Positions 33,451 through 43,200 of a stretch of 64,000 bases of DNA are shown in pieces. Below the pieces are notes generated by a model. The model was not told the DNA's origin. It saw nothing but the letters and a program-made list of their open reading frames with translations, and made no database searches. Origin of the DNA: an uncultured Clostridia bacterium (GTDB taxonomy: Bacteria > Bacillota > Clostridia > Christensenellales > UBA1242); assembly GCA_947588355.1 (NCBI GenBank), contig CANPYI010000006.1:1910-65909 (forward strand). The letters are read 5' to 3'. Position 1 is the first letter of the stretch. Each line of letters opens with the position of its first letter. The translations under genes and the position numbers were made by a program.

Positions 33451-33688
33451 AGTGCAAGCAACTTGGCATCAGCCCTCCCATAATTCAATCTATGGAAAAA
33501 AAATAAATTTGACAAAAACTGTTTAAAAAAATGTAAAAAATTAAAAAAATTTTTAGTGATAAATTAAAAATTTAAATAAATATCAAAAAAATAATTATTT
33601 TTCAAAAAAAACAAATAAAAATATCAAAAAGTATTTATCTGCCGCTAATTTACGTATTTTTGTGATTTTTACTTTTTTTTATAGAAAA

Positions 33689-33716
33689 ATAAAAAAACAG
33701 GCTTTTTTGCCCGTTT
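33689..33716 (-). terminator. rho-independent terminator after dut
   Basis: On the minus strand AACGGGC-aaaaaa-GCCTGTT (33715..33696) with one G-U pair, followed by a T-run (A-run 33691-33697 on plus). Confidence 0.65.
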
Positions 33717-33735
33717 TTTTTATATTTATTTATTT

Positions 33736-34203
33736 TTATTTTTTATCTGTTGAGCCAAATCCACCTTTTCGAACAATGCCGGCATTTGTCTGATCGTCAT
33801 CATCGACAGTCAAAAATTTAAAGAAGAAAATTTGACCTATTTTGTCACCCGCTTTGACTTCATATGGTGTTTTGTTGAGGTTGTGAAGCAAAAAACCAAT
33901 GTTTCCGTCGTTGCTTTCGTTGTCTGCATAGTCGCTTTCAATTATGCCGATGCCGTTTGCCAAGATTATGCCCTTCTTTCCAAGCCCGCTTGTTGATGCC
34001 AAAATAAATCCTTCATCGCGGTTGCAGTATGCCTTGAAGTTTATAAAAACAAGTTGTGTACTTTCCGCCGGAATTGTTATGTCAATTGGCGAAAAGCAAT
34101 CATACGCCACTGCATATTTTGTGGCACGATATGGCATTTTTAATGTTTTTGGATCGACATCATATTTCAAAAACTCTTTGCGAACAAGTTGGAATTTTCT
34201 CAT
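33736..34203 (-). CDS. dut: dUTP diphosphatase (trimeric dUTPase family)
   Basis: 155 aa. GIIESDYADN...GNIGF (motif III-like), GDKIGQ, and a C-terminal RKGGFGSTDK (motif V). AGGAGA SD upstream. It starts 8 nt after the nrdG stop. Confidence 0.78.
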   Translation of the reverse strand: MRKFQLVRKEFLKYDVDPKTLKMPYRATKYAVAYDCFSPIDITIPAESTQLVFINFKAYCNRDEGFILASTSGLGKKGIILANGIGIIESDYADNESNDGNIGFLLHNLNKTPYEVKAGDKIGQIFFFKFLTVDDDDQTNAGIVRKGGFGSTDKK

Positions 34204-34211
34204 ATTTTCTC

Positions 34212-34718
34212 CTATTTTTTCACTTCATCTTCGCTCAAAATAATCGTTTTTCCTTCTTTCAAACTTTTTTGCACGTCTATTACACGTTGATTTGAAGAGC
34301 CGCAATATTTCAAGCGAAAATCTTTAAGCGAGTCCACAAACTGACCATCAACAAGCACATCAACGTACTTAAGCACGCTTTTGTCCTTCAAATTTTCAAA
34401 CAAAAAGCCGCTCCACACCCAAATTGATTTGTTTGGATATCTTTCTTTCCATGCTTTTGCCAATTTTTCTGTGCCAGCGATATTGTTTGGATGCATAGGC
34501 TCGCCGCCAAGTATGGAAAGTCCGACAATATGTTCCATCTCGCCAAGAGAAAGGACTTTTTGTATGGTCTCGTCAGTAAATTCTTGTCCGCCCGCAAAAT
34601 CGTGCGTCTCGGGATTGAAACAATTTTTGCAATTGAATGTGCAACCTTGTATAAAGATTGAAACACGCACACCTGGACCGTTTGAAATGTCCATTTTTCT
34701 GATTTTGTTGTATCTCAT
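34212..34718 (-). CDS. nrdG: anaerobic ribonucleoside-triphosphate reductase activating protein (radical SAM)
   Basis: GPGVRVSIFIQGCTFNCKNCFN contains the CX3CX2C radical-SAM cluster. 168 aa, immediately downstream of nrdD. Confidence 0.93.
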   Translation of the reverse strand: MRYNKIRKMDISNGPGVRVSIFIQGCTFNCKNCFNPETHDFAGGQEFTDETIQKVLSLGEMEHIVGLSILGGEPMHPNNIAGTEKLAKAWKERYPNKSIWVWSGFLFENLKDKSVLKYVDVLVDGQFVDSLKDFRLKYCGSSNQRVIDVQKSLKEGKTIILSEDEVKK

Positions 34719-34760
34719 ATTTCACCTTTTTTTTGCAAAAAACTGCGTTTTTTGGCGGTT

Positions 34761-36914
34761 TTATGCGTCTTTGTTGTCCAAATGAAGCACACGCTCCTTT
34801 ATTTCTTGCGTTCTGCCTCTGTTCCAGAAATTTGTGCCAATATATCCACAAGTACGTCGTGCAACGTTCATCTTGGAGTGGTCTCTGTTGCCACAGTTTG
34901 GACAATACCATTCAAGGTTGTCATCAATTTGCATTTCGCCGTCAAATCCACAAACTTGGCAATAGTCACTCTTGGTGTTTATTTCGGCATACATTATGTT
35001 TTCGTAAATGAATTTTATCACTTCAATAACGGCGTCTATGTTGTTTGTAAGGTTTGGAGCCTCAATATACGAAACGGCACCGCCCGGACTGAGTTTTTGG
35101 AACTCGCTTTCAATTCTCAGTTTTGAAAAGGCATCAATTTCCTCAAATACAGGCACATGATAGGAGTTTGTGATGTAGTCGCGGTCGGTGATCCCCTCAA
35201 CCGTGCCAAAACGCTTTTTAAGCCCTTTGGCAAACTTGTAGGTTGTGCTTTCAATTGGTGTGCCATACACACTGTAATCAATCTTTTCTGCCTCTTTCCA
35301 TTCTTTGCACTTGTCGTTCATGTGTTGCATAACTTTCAAGCCAAATTCTTTGCCTTCCGCACCATCTGTATGGCTGTGGCCGGTCATGAATTTGACGCAT
35401 TCATAAAGTCCGGCATAGCCCAAAGAAATCGTGGAATAGCCATTGTGCAAAAGTTCATGAATGCTTTCACCCTTTTTCAGCCTTGCAAGTGCACCATGTT
35501 GCCACAAAATTGGCGCAACATCGCTTGTGGCAGCGCTCAAACGTTCGTGACGGAGTTTAAGGGCACGATGGCAAAGTTCCAATCTCTCGTCAAATATCTT
35601 CCAAAAATCGTCCATATTCTTATCTGATGAAAGTGCCACATCAACAAGATTGATTGTCACAACACCTTGATTAAATCTGCCATAATATTTTGGTTTGCCG
35701 TTGGCATCTACGTATGGAGTAAGGAAACTGCGGCATCCCATACATGGGTAGCATTGTCCGTTGCCGTTTTTGTCAATCTTGAGTTTTTTCATCACTTTTT
35801 CACTGATATAGTCAGGCACCATACGTTTTGCACTGCACTGTGCAGCAAGTTGTGTCAAATACCAATATTTGCTGTCTTCGTGAATGTTGTCTTCCTCCAA
35901 AACATACAAAAGTTTTGGAAAGGCCGGAGTGATATAAACGCCTTTTTCGTTTTTCATGCCTTGCATACGTTGACGGAGGACTTCCTCAATCATCATTGCA
36001 AGTTCTTTTTTGTATTCTTCTGTTTCGCCCAAATACATACAAACAGAAAGGAAAGGTGCTTGTCCGTTTGTGGTTGTCATGGAGTTTATTTGATATTGGA
36101 AAGTTTGCACGCCATCGGTGATTTCTTTCTTCAAATCCTCTTGAGCAAACTGCTCAACTTGTTCGGGTGTAAGTCCGCGATTGGTGTATCTGCGCAAATA
36201 ATAGTTGTAACTGTCACGCACAAATGGAGCAAGGTGAGCAAGCGAAATTGTTGCGCCGCCATATTGGCTTGACGAAACTGCTGTGATAAGTTGCGTTGCA
36301 ATTGTCATGGCGGTCAAAAAACGGTGTGGCTTTTCAATCATAACGCCATTGATGTTTGTGCCATTTTGGAGCATGTCCTCCAAATTGATAAGGTCACAGT
36401 TATGCAAAGCATTCTGAGCAAAATAGTCAGCATCATGGAAATGAATGATGCCTTCATCATGTGCTTTTACGATATCTGGTGGAAGCAAAAATCTGCGTGT
36501 GATATCCGTGCTTGTAATTCCGGCAATATAGTCGCGCTGTGTTGTGACAATATGAGCATTTTTGTTGGAGTTTTCTGTGTTCCAATACTCATTTTCGCCA
36601 TCAATCAATTCTTTGATTGCAAGGTCGGTTGTGTTGGCTTTGCGAACAAGCGCACGCGTGTAGCGATAAATGATGTATTTCTTAGCCAAATCATAGTGGC
36701 CATATGACATCAGTTTTTCTTCAATAATGTCCTGAATGTCTTCAACAAGCAGACGCTGTTTGCCAAGTCCTTCAATGTACTTCAAAATTTCTTTAATTTC
36801 GGCATTTGTTGCTCGTTCCTTGCCATCAACCTCGTTGTTTGCTTTTTCAATAGCGGCTTTTATCTTTGACGGATCATAGTCCACAAAGTTGCCATTTCTT
36901 TTGATTACTTGCAT
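34761..36914 (-). CDS. nrdD: anaerobic ribonucleoside-triphosphate reductase (class III RNR)
   Basis: N-terminal ATP-cone (MQVIKRNGNFVDYDPSKIKAAIEKA), Zn-ribbon CQVCG...CPNCG, and glycyl-radical motif RRTCGYIG near the C-terminus. I place the start at ATG 36914 (AGGAGG 7 nt upstream), not the track's 36983, which would lie upstream of the -35 element (36979..36974) of the predicted promoter. Confidence 0.95.
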   Translation of the reverse strand: MQVIKRNGNFVDYDPSKIKAAIEKANNEVDGKERATNAEIKEILKYIEGLGKQRLLVEDIQDIIEEKLMSYGHYDLAKKYIIYRYTRALVRKANTTDLAIKELIDGENEYWNTENSNKNAHIVTTQRDYIAGITSTDITRRFLLPPDIVKAHDEGIIHFHDADYFAQNALHNCDLINLEDMLQNGTNINGVMIEKPHRFLTAMTIATQLITAVSSSQYGGATISLAHLAPFVRDSYNYYLRRYTNRGLTPEQVEQFAQEDLKKEITDGVQTFQYQINSMTTTNGQAPFLSVCMYLGETEEYKKELAMMIEEVLRQRMQGMKNEKGVYITPAFPKLLYVLEEDNIHEDSKYWYLTQLAAQCSAKRMVPDYISEKVMKKLKIDKNGNGQCYPCMGCRSFLTPYVDANGKPKYYGRFNQGVVTINLVDVALSSDKNMDDFWKIFDERLELCHRALKLRHERLSAATSDVAPILWQHGALARLKKGESIHELLHNGYSTISLGYAGLYECVKFMTGHSHTDGAEGKEFGLKVMQHMNDKCKEWKEAEKIDYSVYGTPIESTTYKFAKGLKKRFGTVEGITDRDYITNSYHVPVFEEIDAFSKLRIESEFQKLSPGGAVSYIEAPNLTNNIDAVIEVIKFIYENIMYAEINTKSDYCQVCGFDGEMQIDDNLEWYCPNCGNRDHSKMNVARRTCGYIGTNFWNRGRTQEIKERVLHLDNKDA

Positions 36915-36949
36915 GATTTTGCCTCCTGAAATTTTCAATTCCAGAATTG

Positions 36950-36979
36950 ATTTTACTATATATATAGTGGTAAAGTCAA
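36950..36979 (-). promoter_or_regulatory. nrdD promoter TTGACT-N18-TAAAAT
   Basis: On the minus strand the -35 is at 36979..36974 and the -10 at 36955..36950. The spacer is overlapped by NrdR-like box 1. Confidence 0.55.
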
Positions 36980-37002
36980 ACAAAAATCACAAGATGTTGT
37001 AT
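36955..37002 (-). promoter_or_regulatory. two tandem NrdR-box-like palindromes
   Basis: Box 1 at 36955-36970 reads CCACTATATATATAGT on the minus strand. Box 2 at 36987-37002 reads TCACAAGATGTTGTAT on the plus strand. Against the remembered 16-bp NrdR consensus (roughly ACACtATATATaGTGT) they match about 13/16 and 12/16. Their centres are about 32 bp apart. Confidence 0.6.
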
Positions 37003-37199
37003 TTTTGACAAAATTCGAGTTTTATAAAATTTTTCAAAATTTTTGTGTTTGCTAAAGTATCGTAAACGCAAAATCTGTTGTTATAAAACAATAACAAAAG
37101 TCAATAAAAAAATTTTTTAACAAAACTATTCGCAAAAATAAAATCCTCCTGTTGAGGCAAAATTTTGGTGGTTTTTGGACATCAAAAAACTATGCAAAC

Positions 37200-37228
37200 A
37201 GAAAAAAGAACGGTTGTTGCCCGTTCTT
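37200..37228 (-). terminator. rho-independent terminator of the 2,575-aa gene
   Basis: AGAACGG (37207-37213) / CCGTTCT (37221-37227), 7-nt loop, then a T-run on the minus strand (A-run 37202-37207). It starts 3 nt after the stop codon. Confidence 0.8.
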
Positions 37229-37230
37229 TT

Positions 37231-40200
37231 TTACTTTCCCCAAATTGCATACAGTTTTGTATCTGAATGGACTGCAAATGGTTGTAAAGTGTCATATCCA
37301 TGAATATTTGTAGCACCATCTGATGCATTTTGGCAATTTGTCAAACTCCAAGACAAAATTTTAAAATTATATTTTATTACATATCTACATACGCATGTTC
37401 TTGTATAGTTTGAAGGCGTAAAAGTTTCTCCATCAAGAATAGCAACTTCAGAGATAGGTTTTGGAGATTCAACTATAGAATAGTCAAACAACCAAGCACT
37501 TGGTTTTACAAATGTCACGTCAAAGGTAATATAGTACCAATTTTGCTTACTGATGTTTACAATCGATGAGAAGATCATGTCTTGATTGTCAACGCGTGCC
37601 GTCTTTCCGCTTAAACTAAATGGAGCATAGTTGTAACCAGCAAAGGTGTAAGTCGTTCTGTAATCAAGCCAGTCGCTGTTTGCTCGTTTTGTGTCAATAT
37701 AATAGTTCTGCTGACCCAAAAGTTCAAATGTTTCGCCTTGATACATATCCGCCTTGAAAGTTTTCTTTGTGTGAACATTATTCACAAGTTCGTAGTAAGT
37801 GTATTCCACATGATATTTGTTTCTTACGTACAAGGTCAAGTCGTTGTTTGGCATTTCGTCCGGCAAGAAGGTTTCTTGTGCAAAGCCCGCATCCAAATAC
37901 CACTTTGTTGTGTCAGAAATTCGTACAGTTTCTGGCAAAGCATACACCATATCTTGTGTCAAACTTGCATCTTGGACTATCTTTGTTCCGGTTTGCAATT
38001 TGGTGTCAACAAGAAGTTGCTCGTCGTCATAGATTTTCAATTGCCATTCATAAACAACGCTGACAATATCCCATTTTGCGTACAAAGTTTGGTCACAATG
38101 CGGCATAATGTCGTTGAACGGCAGTTCAAACGCTTGGTCGGTGAACCAACCTGCAAAGTGATATGTTGTCGTTGCGCCGCTGTCATAGATCACAATATCT
38201 TCTTTGCCATAATCCCTAAATGTTCCTTTGGCTTCTTCTCCGCCATAAACTTTAATTGGATCAAGTTTTTCGCCGACACCGGTATCAAAACTGAGAGTAT
38301 ATTCAATCAAAGTTTCATAGGTTTCGTAATTTGCATAGAGTGTGGTACTTTCATTTGGAATAACAGTAAGAGGAATTCCTTGATCATCTTGCCAGCCTTT
38401 AAAGCGTTTCTTATACAAGTAAATCCCGTTCTTTTCTTCGATTTCCGATTTTTGATTCAAGGTTTCTATGTCGACAAGTTCAGTCCCCGCAATATAATCA
38501 CCATACTGTGTGCCAAGTACTTTGCCGTTGTACATAAAGGTCATTGTTCGCCAAGCCTCAACAACTTCCCATTTTGCATACAGTGTGACATTGTATCTTG
38601 GAATCTTTCCGGTTGTAAATTCTGTGCCAGCGGCAAAGTTTGCGTCAGTGTACCAGCCTGCAAATTTATAGATTGTGTAATCAGTGCCTGACTGTTTCTG
38701 TCCAACAACGTGATTCTGTGTGTAATTTGGCAAGGTGAATGTTTGACCAATCTTGCCGGTCACATTTTCGGCTGTCAAGCCATCTACATTGGTCTGGAAA
38801 GTCACTGTAAATTCACGCTCTGCCGCTTTTTTCCATTCACCTTTCTCTGCATCCCATTCCTCATTTTCTGGATACGTATAGTTGTTGATGAATTCGTCAA
38901 AAGAGGTGAAATCAAGGTCTTTGTCAAGTGTAAGGTTCATATCTTGAGAGTTGTCATTTGTGGTCTTTAAATCAAGTTGAACAGCGTCTGCAAACGGCAT
39001 GTTTAAACCAAAATTTAAACTTCCAATCACTTTCTGTTCAACAGTTTTGCCATCGTCGAGTTGTTTTTTGAAATCAGCAAGTTCAATTCCGATTGACATA
39101 TCACCCATGTTTTTGTCGCCAGTAATTTCTTTCATGTTGAGCGAAAGTGTGTAATGAGGGTTGTTGTCATTAGGTAAGTCAAAACTGTTGATAATGTTTC
39201 CTAGGTCAACGGTATGCTCTATTTCCAAACTCTTTCTGATTGCATCAATAATCAAATCTGAGAATCCCGTACCCCATTGCAAGTAGTAGATTGGGTCGTC
39301 CAAAACAGTGTCTACGTGTGCTTTAAGTTTCTTCTCATAAGAGCCTTTTTCTTGTTTTGACCCACGGTCTTCGTGGCGATAGAAGTAAACAAACTCATCT
39401 TTATAGTAGATATACAACATACGGTTGTTGACTGTAGGCAGTATCCACGGAGTATCATTGTTTATCATAATCAATTCAGCCACCTTTGGAACTGGTATTA
39501 CTCCTATTTCGGCATAAATTTGAGGTTTGTTGTCAACAAGTTTAAGTTGTATTTTCACTGGAATATCCCAAGTTACATGATACTGCTTCACTATTGTAAA
39601 TGTTAAATCAACTTTAAGTTTTCCAGTAAGTTCAAAAGTCTTGTGAGTTGCGGTGTTGATTACTGCGGCGATAAGATCTTCTGCGCCTGAAAGGTCGATA
39701 TATTTCAATGAGGTGTCAGGTTTCGTCATGGTCTTCAATTCTTTGAAGTTTATTACAAGATTGAAGTGTTCGTTGTTTGTAACGCCTGTGTAAAGATTTT
39801 TGATCACAAGTTTTGACAAGTTCTGTCCGTCAAGCACAATTTGTATATCCATATATTCAGCACGCTCTGCCGACGAAATGAAACTGCCGTCCAAACTTAT
39901 ATCCAAAGTGTTGCCCTTTACCTTGAACGATTTAATAATGCTTATCATAGAAAGTGGATTGCTTGTGTCAAGTTTTGGCAACAATTTGTTGACAACAGAG
40001 CCGTCAAGTCCGCTGTCGCCACTCTCTTCTCCCGTGATGAAAGACACCATAGATGGGTCAATTCCAAGAATCTCGCAAACCATTGTCAGCAAGCCTTGTA
40101 AGCCACTTGTGTTGATTTTAAGTTTAAGTCCGTTGTAGTTTACATATAGATAATTTTCAAAAATGCTTAGGTTGAGGTTCAAGTCAAACCCTGCCGCTTT

Positions 40201-43200
40201 TGTACCGTCAACTCCTGTCACTTTTGCATCGCCGTAGAATTTGAGAGTGTCGGTTATGTCCACTTGAAGAACAATTCTTTTTGCATCGTAGATTTGTGTC
40301 AGCCCTTCATAAACCTCTGCATCAGCAGTCAAGTTGTACTTTTTGCCCATAACATACGATTTTATGCTGGTGACAAATGGCAAGACATCCATAACATCAA
40401 AATAATCGCCTTCAACTGAAACAGTTTCTTTTTTGTCAACCGTTGCAGTGGCATCAATGCCTTCCGCTTGAATCTTAACAGACTGGATCATGTCACTTTC
40501 ACTGAACGTTACAAATGCAGAAAGTTGTGGCAACATTATATCAAGATTTGAGTCTGAAAGTGATATCTGCAAATCGCTGAGCAATTGTTTTATGTCCAAA
40601 CTGCCAATGTCGATGTCGGTCGAATCCTTAAGACCATTCAATTTGTCTTTGATTTCGTTATACTTTGTCAACAAATCTTTGTTGAACTCGTCTTTTATAT
40701 ATTGCAAAACATTTTCTATGTCGCCAAGGTTGAATTTCAGTTTCAAATTGTCAACATCTAAGTAAACAACGTTATCAAGCAAATATGCTTTGATTGAAAG
40801 TCCGTCGATGGTTGCAGAAAGGCTCGCCGAAAATCCGTCAACATCATAATTTACATGTCCCAAGACTTTGAATCCTAAATCTGCTTCAAGTTTGATATAA
40901 AAAATGTTGTTTTTGATATAACTGTAAACTTCGCCCGCTTTGTCAATAAGGTCAAGTGCAGAGACATATGTCACTTCCTCATCCAATGCTGTAACGTCTT
41001 GTGCTTCATTCTTTCTCGTTATCTCTGCAAAAAGTTCTCCGTAGGACACTACAATCTTTTCCAACCTGTCCCCTACAAAGTTCACTGACGCTTCAACACC
41101 TTTGTATCCCGCCGTCAATAAGCCGTCTTTGTATCCAAGCAGCATTTCTGCAATAATCTCTTCAATTTTGGTGTCTTGATTTACAGATTGAAGTTTTTCT
41201 TTGATATCAAATCCAAACTTATCCTTAATCTTGGCCATTATGTCGTCAAGGTCGTCTAAATCCAGCAAAATGTGAATGCCCTTGAAATCAACATATAAAA
41301 GTTTGTCAAAGATTTTTATCGTCGCAGTTTGCTCATATGCAACAACTTTTATCTCTGCACTCAGTTTGCCGCCGACATAATTCACTGCGCCGGTGATTGA
41401 AATGTCTTTGTAATTTCCGCTTATTGTAACATAATACTCATTGCCCGTAATGTATTTGTATACATCTGAAATTTTGCCGAGCAGATCTTGCATTGGTGTG
41501 TAAATTTTTTCGTCAGCAGACTTGTCGATCTCGGTCGCTTCGTCAAGTTTTGTCACTGTTGCAAAAATGTCTTTGTAGCCTATTTCCGCTTTCTGCAAAT
41601 TGTCCTCTTCAAAGAACACTTTTGCCGTTATATCGTTGTATTTTGCGGAAAGAATATCGTTTGCATAACCGATTTCAAGTTCTTTCAAAACCGCAAATAT
41701 GATATCTGCTTTGGATTTTTCTTCCAAACTCTTGGCGTCGATTTCTATTCCAAATGTATCTTCCAAAAATGCCATCAGGCTGTCAAGTTCATCCAAACTT
41801 GCACAAATGTGTATATCTTTTACATCTACATAAACTTCTTTGTCAAACACACGAATTGAGGCTTCTATTCCTTTGTATTCTGCCTTCAATATTGCACTCA
41901 GCCCGTTTGTGTCGTAGTTTATTGCACCTTTTATTTCAATGCCCTGCACATTTGCTTCTATTTTTGCATAGTACTTTCCGGCATCAACATAACTCATCAA
42001 AGTAGCAGCCTTTGTTAGTATTTCCGTCGCACAAGTGTATTCGTTGTTTGGCTTTTCTACATTCGTTGCTTCGTCAACTCGCGTTACTGTTACAGTAATA
42101 TCTTTGTAAGTAATTACAACAGACTTCAACTTCTCTTTATCAAAGTTTATGTTCGCTGTTATATCTTTAAAACTAAATTGCAAACTATTGTTTTTGTATC
42201 CAAGTGCCAAAGCAGTCAGTATTCCTGCAATATCCACGTCTTTGACATCTTTAAGACCTTCAAGTTCTGCTTTTATATCAACATTCAACTGTTGTTTCAA
42301 AAATTCTGCCAAAGCATCTAATTCTGTAAATGCAAAACTTACATGCAAATCCTTAAAATCAATATAAACAACTTCGTCAACCACTTTGACTGACGCTTCA
42401 AGTCCTTTGGCATTCAGTTTTATGTCTGCACTAAATCCGTCTGTGTTGTAGTTCACTTTGCCTGTCAAGCATACATCTTCATCAATCTCAACTTTGACAT
42501 CTGCATAATATTCCCCTGACTGTACATAGTCCACAAGCCAAAGAGCCTTGTCAACAAAGTCAGAAAGTGGAACATATTTTTCACTGTCTTGAATTGGTGT
42601 GATTGCTCTTGCTGTGTTTTTAATGTCAGCAGTAAATACAAAATCTTTGTAATTTACGTTCAATGAAGATGGGGCGTTTCCAACAAAGCGAATCTGTGCA
42701 AAAAGATCTTGCCCGTCAACAAACAATCCTTCCTCGTTGCAATGAATTTGAATATTTTCCAAAAGTTGTTCAAGCGAAACGCTTTCCAAAATGTTTTCCG
42801 GCAGTTCTGTTGTTTCAAATTTTGCAAATATACTGCCAATCAAAGTTTTTAAATCTTCAAAATTACATTCAACATGCAAATCTTTTATGTCAAAATAAAC
42901 ATCGTCGCCAATAATATTGATTATTGCTGTTTGCTCAAACGCTGAAATCACAATTTGTGCCCTCAGACCATCTTCGTCAAAATTGAGTGCCCCTGTCAAA
43001 GCAAAATCTTTGTAAGTTGCAGTAATATCCAAGTAATATTTTTGTTGCTTGATATAATTGTACAAACCTTCAACTTCTTCAGCAACTTCACTTATGTGCA
43101 TAAAATCAGCGACATCATATTTATCAATCTCAACTTTTTTGTAAGAAAGTTGGATGTCCGCATCAATTTTTTCACTTTCAACAACAACTTCGTTGAGAAG

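Noticed and set aside
33482-33735. A 250-bp extremely AT-rich spacer upstream of the ZIP gene, examined for a Zur box, tRNA, small RNA or riboswitch.
   Set aside because: It contains only A/T homopolymer runs and weak AT palindromes. I could recognise no Zur-like palindrome of the AAATCGTAAT-N-ATTACGATTT type and no G+C-containing stems apart from the dut terminator.
36915-36983. A 23-codon N-terminal extension of nrdD given by the ORF track.
   Set aside because: AGGAGG sits 7 nt before ATG 36914. The extension overlaps the predicted promoter and NrdR box 1, and its start (36983) lies upstream of the -35 element. MQVIKRNG is the canonical ATP-cone start.
37076-37097. A small hairpin TTGTTAT-aaaaca-ATAACAA upstream of the nrdD promoter.
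   Set aside because: It is a 7-bp all-weak stem in AT-rich DNA with no T-tract context. It is expected by chance.
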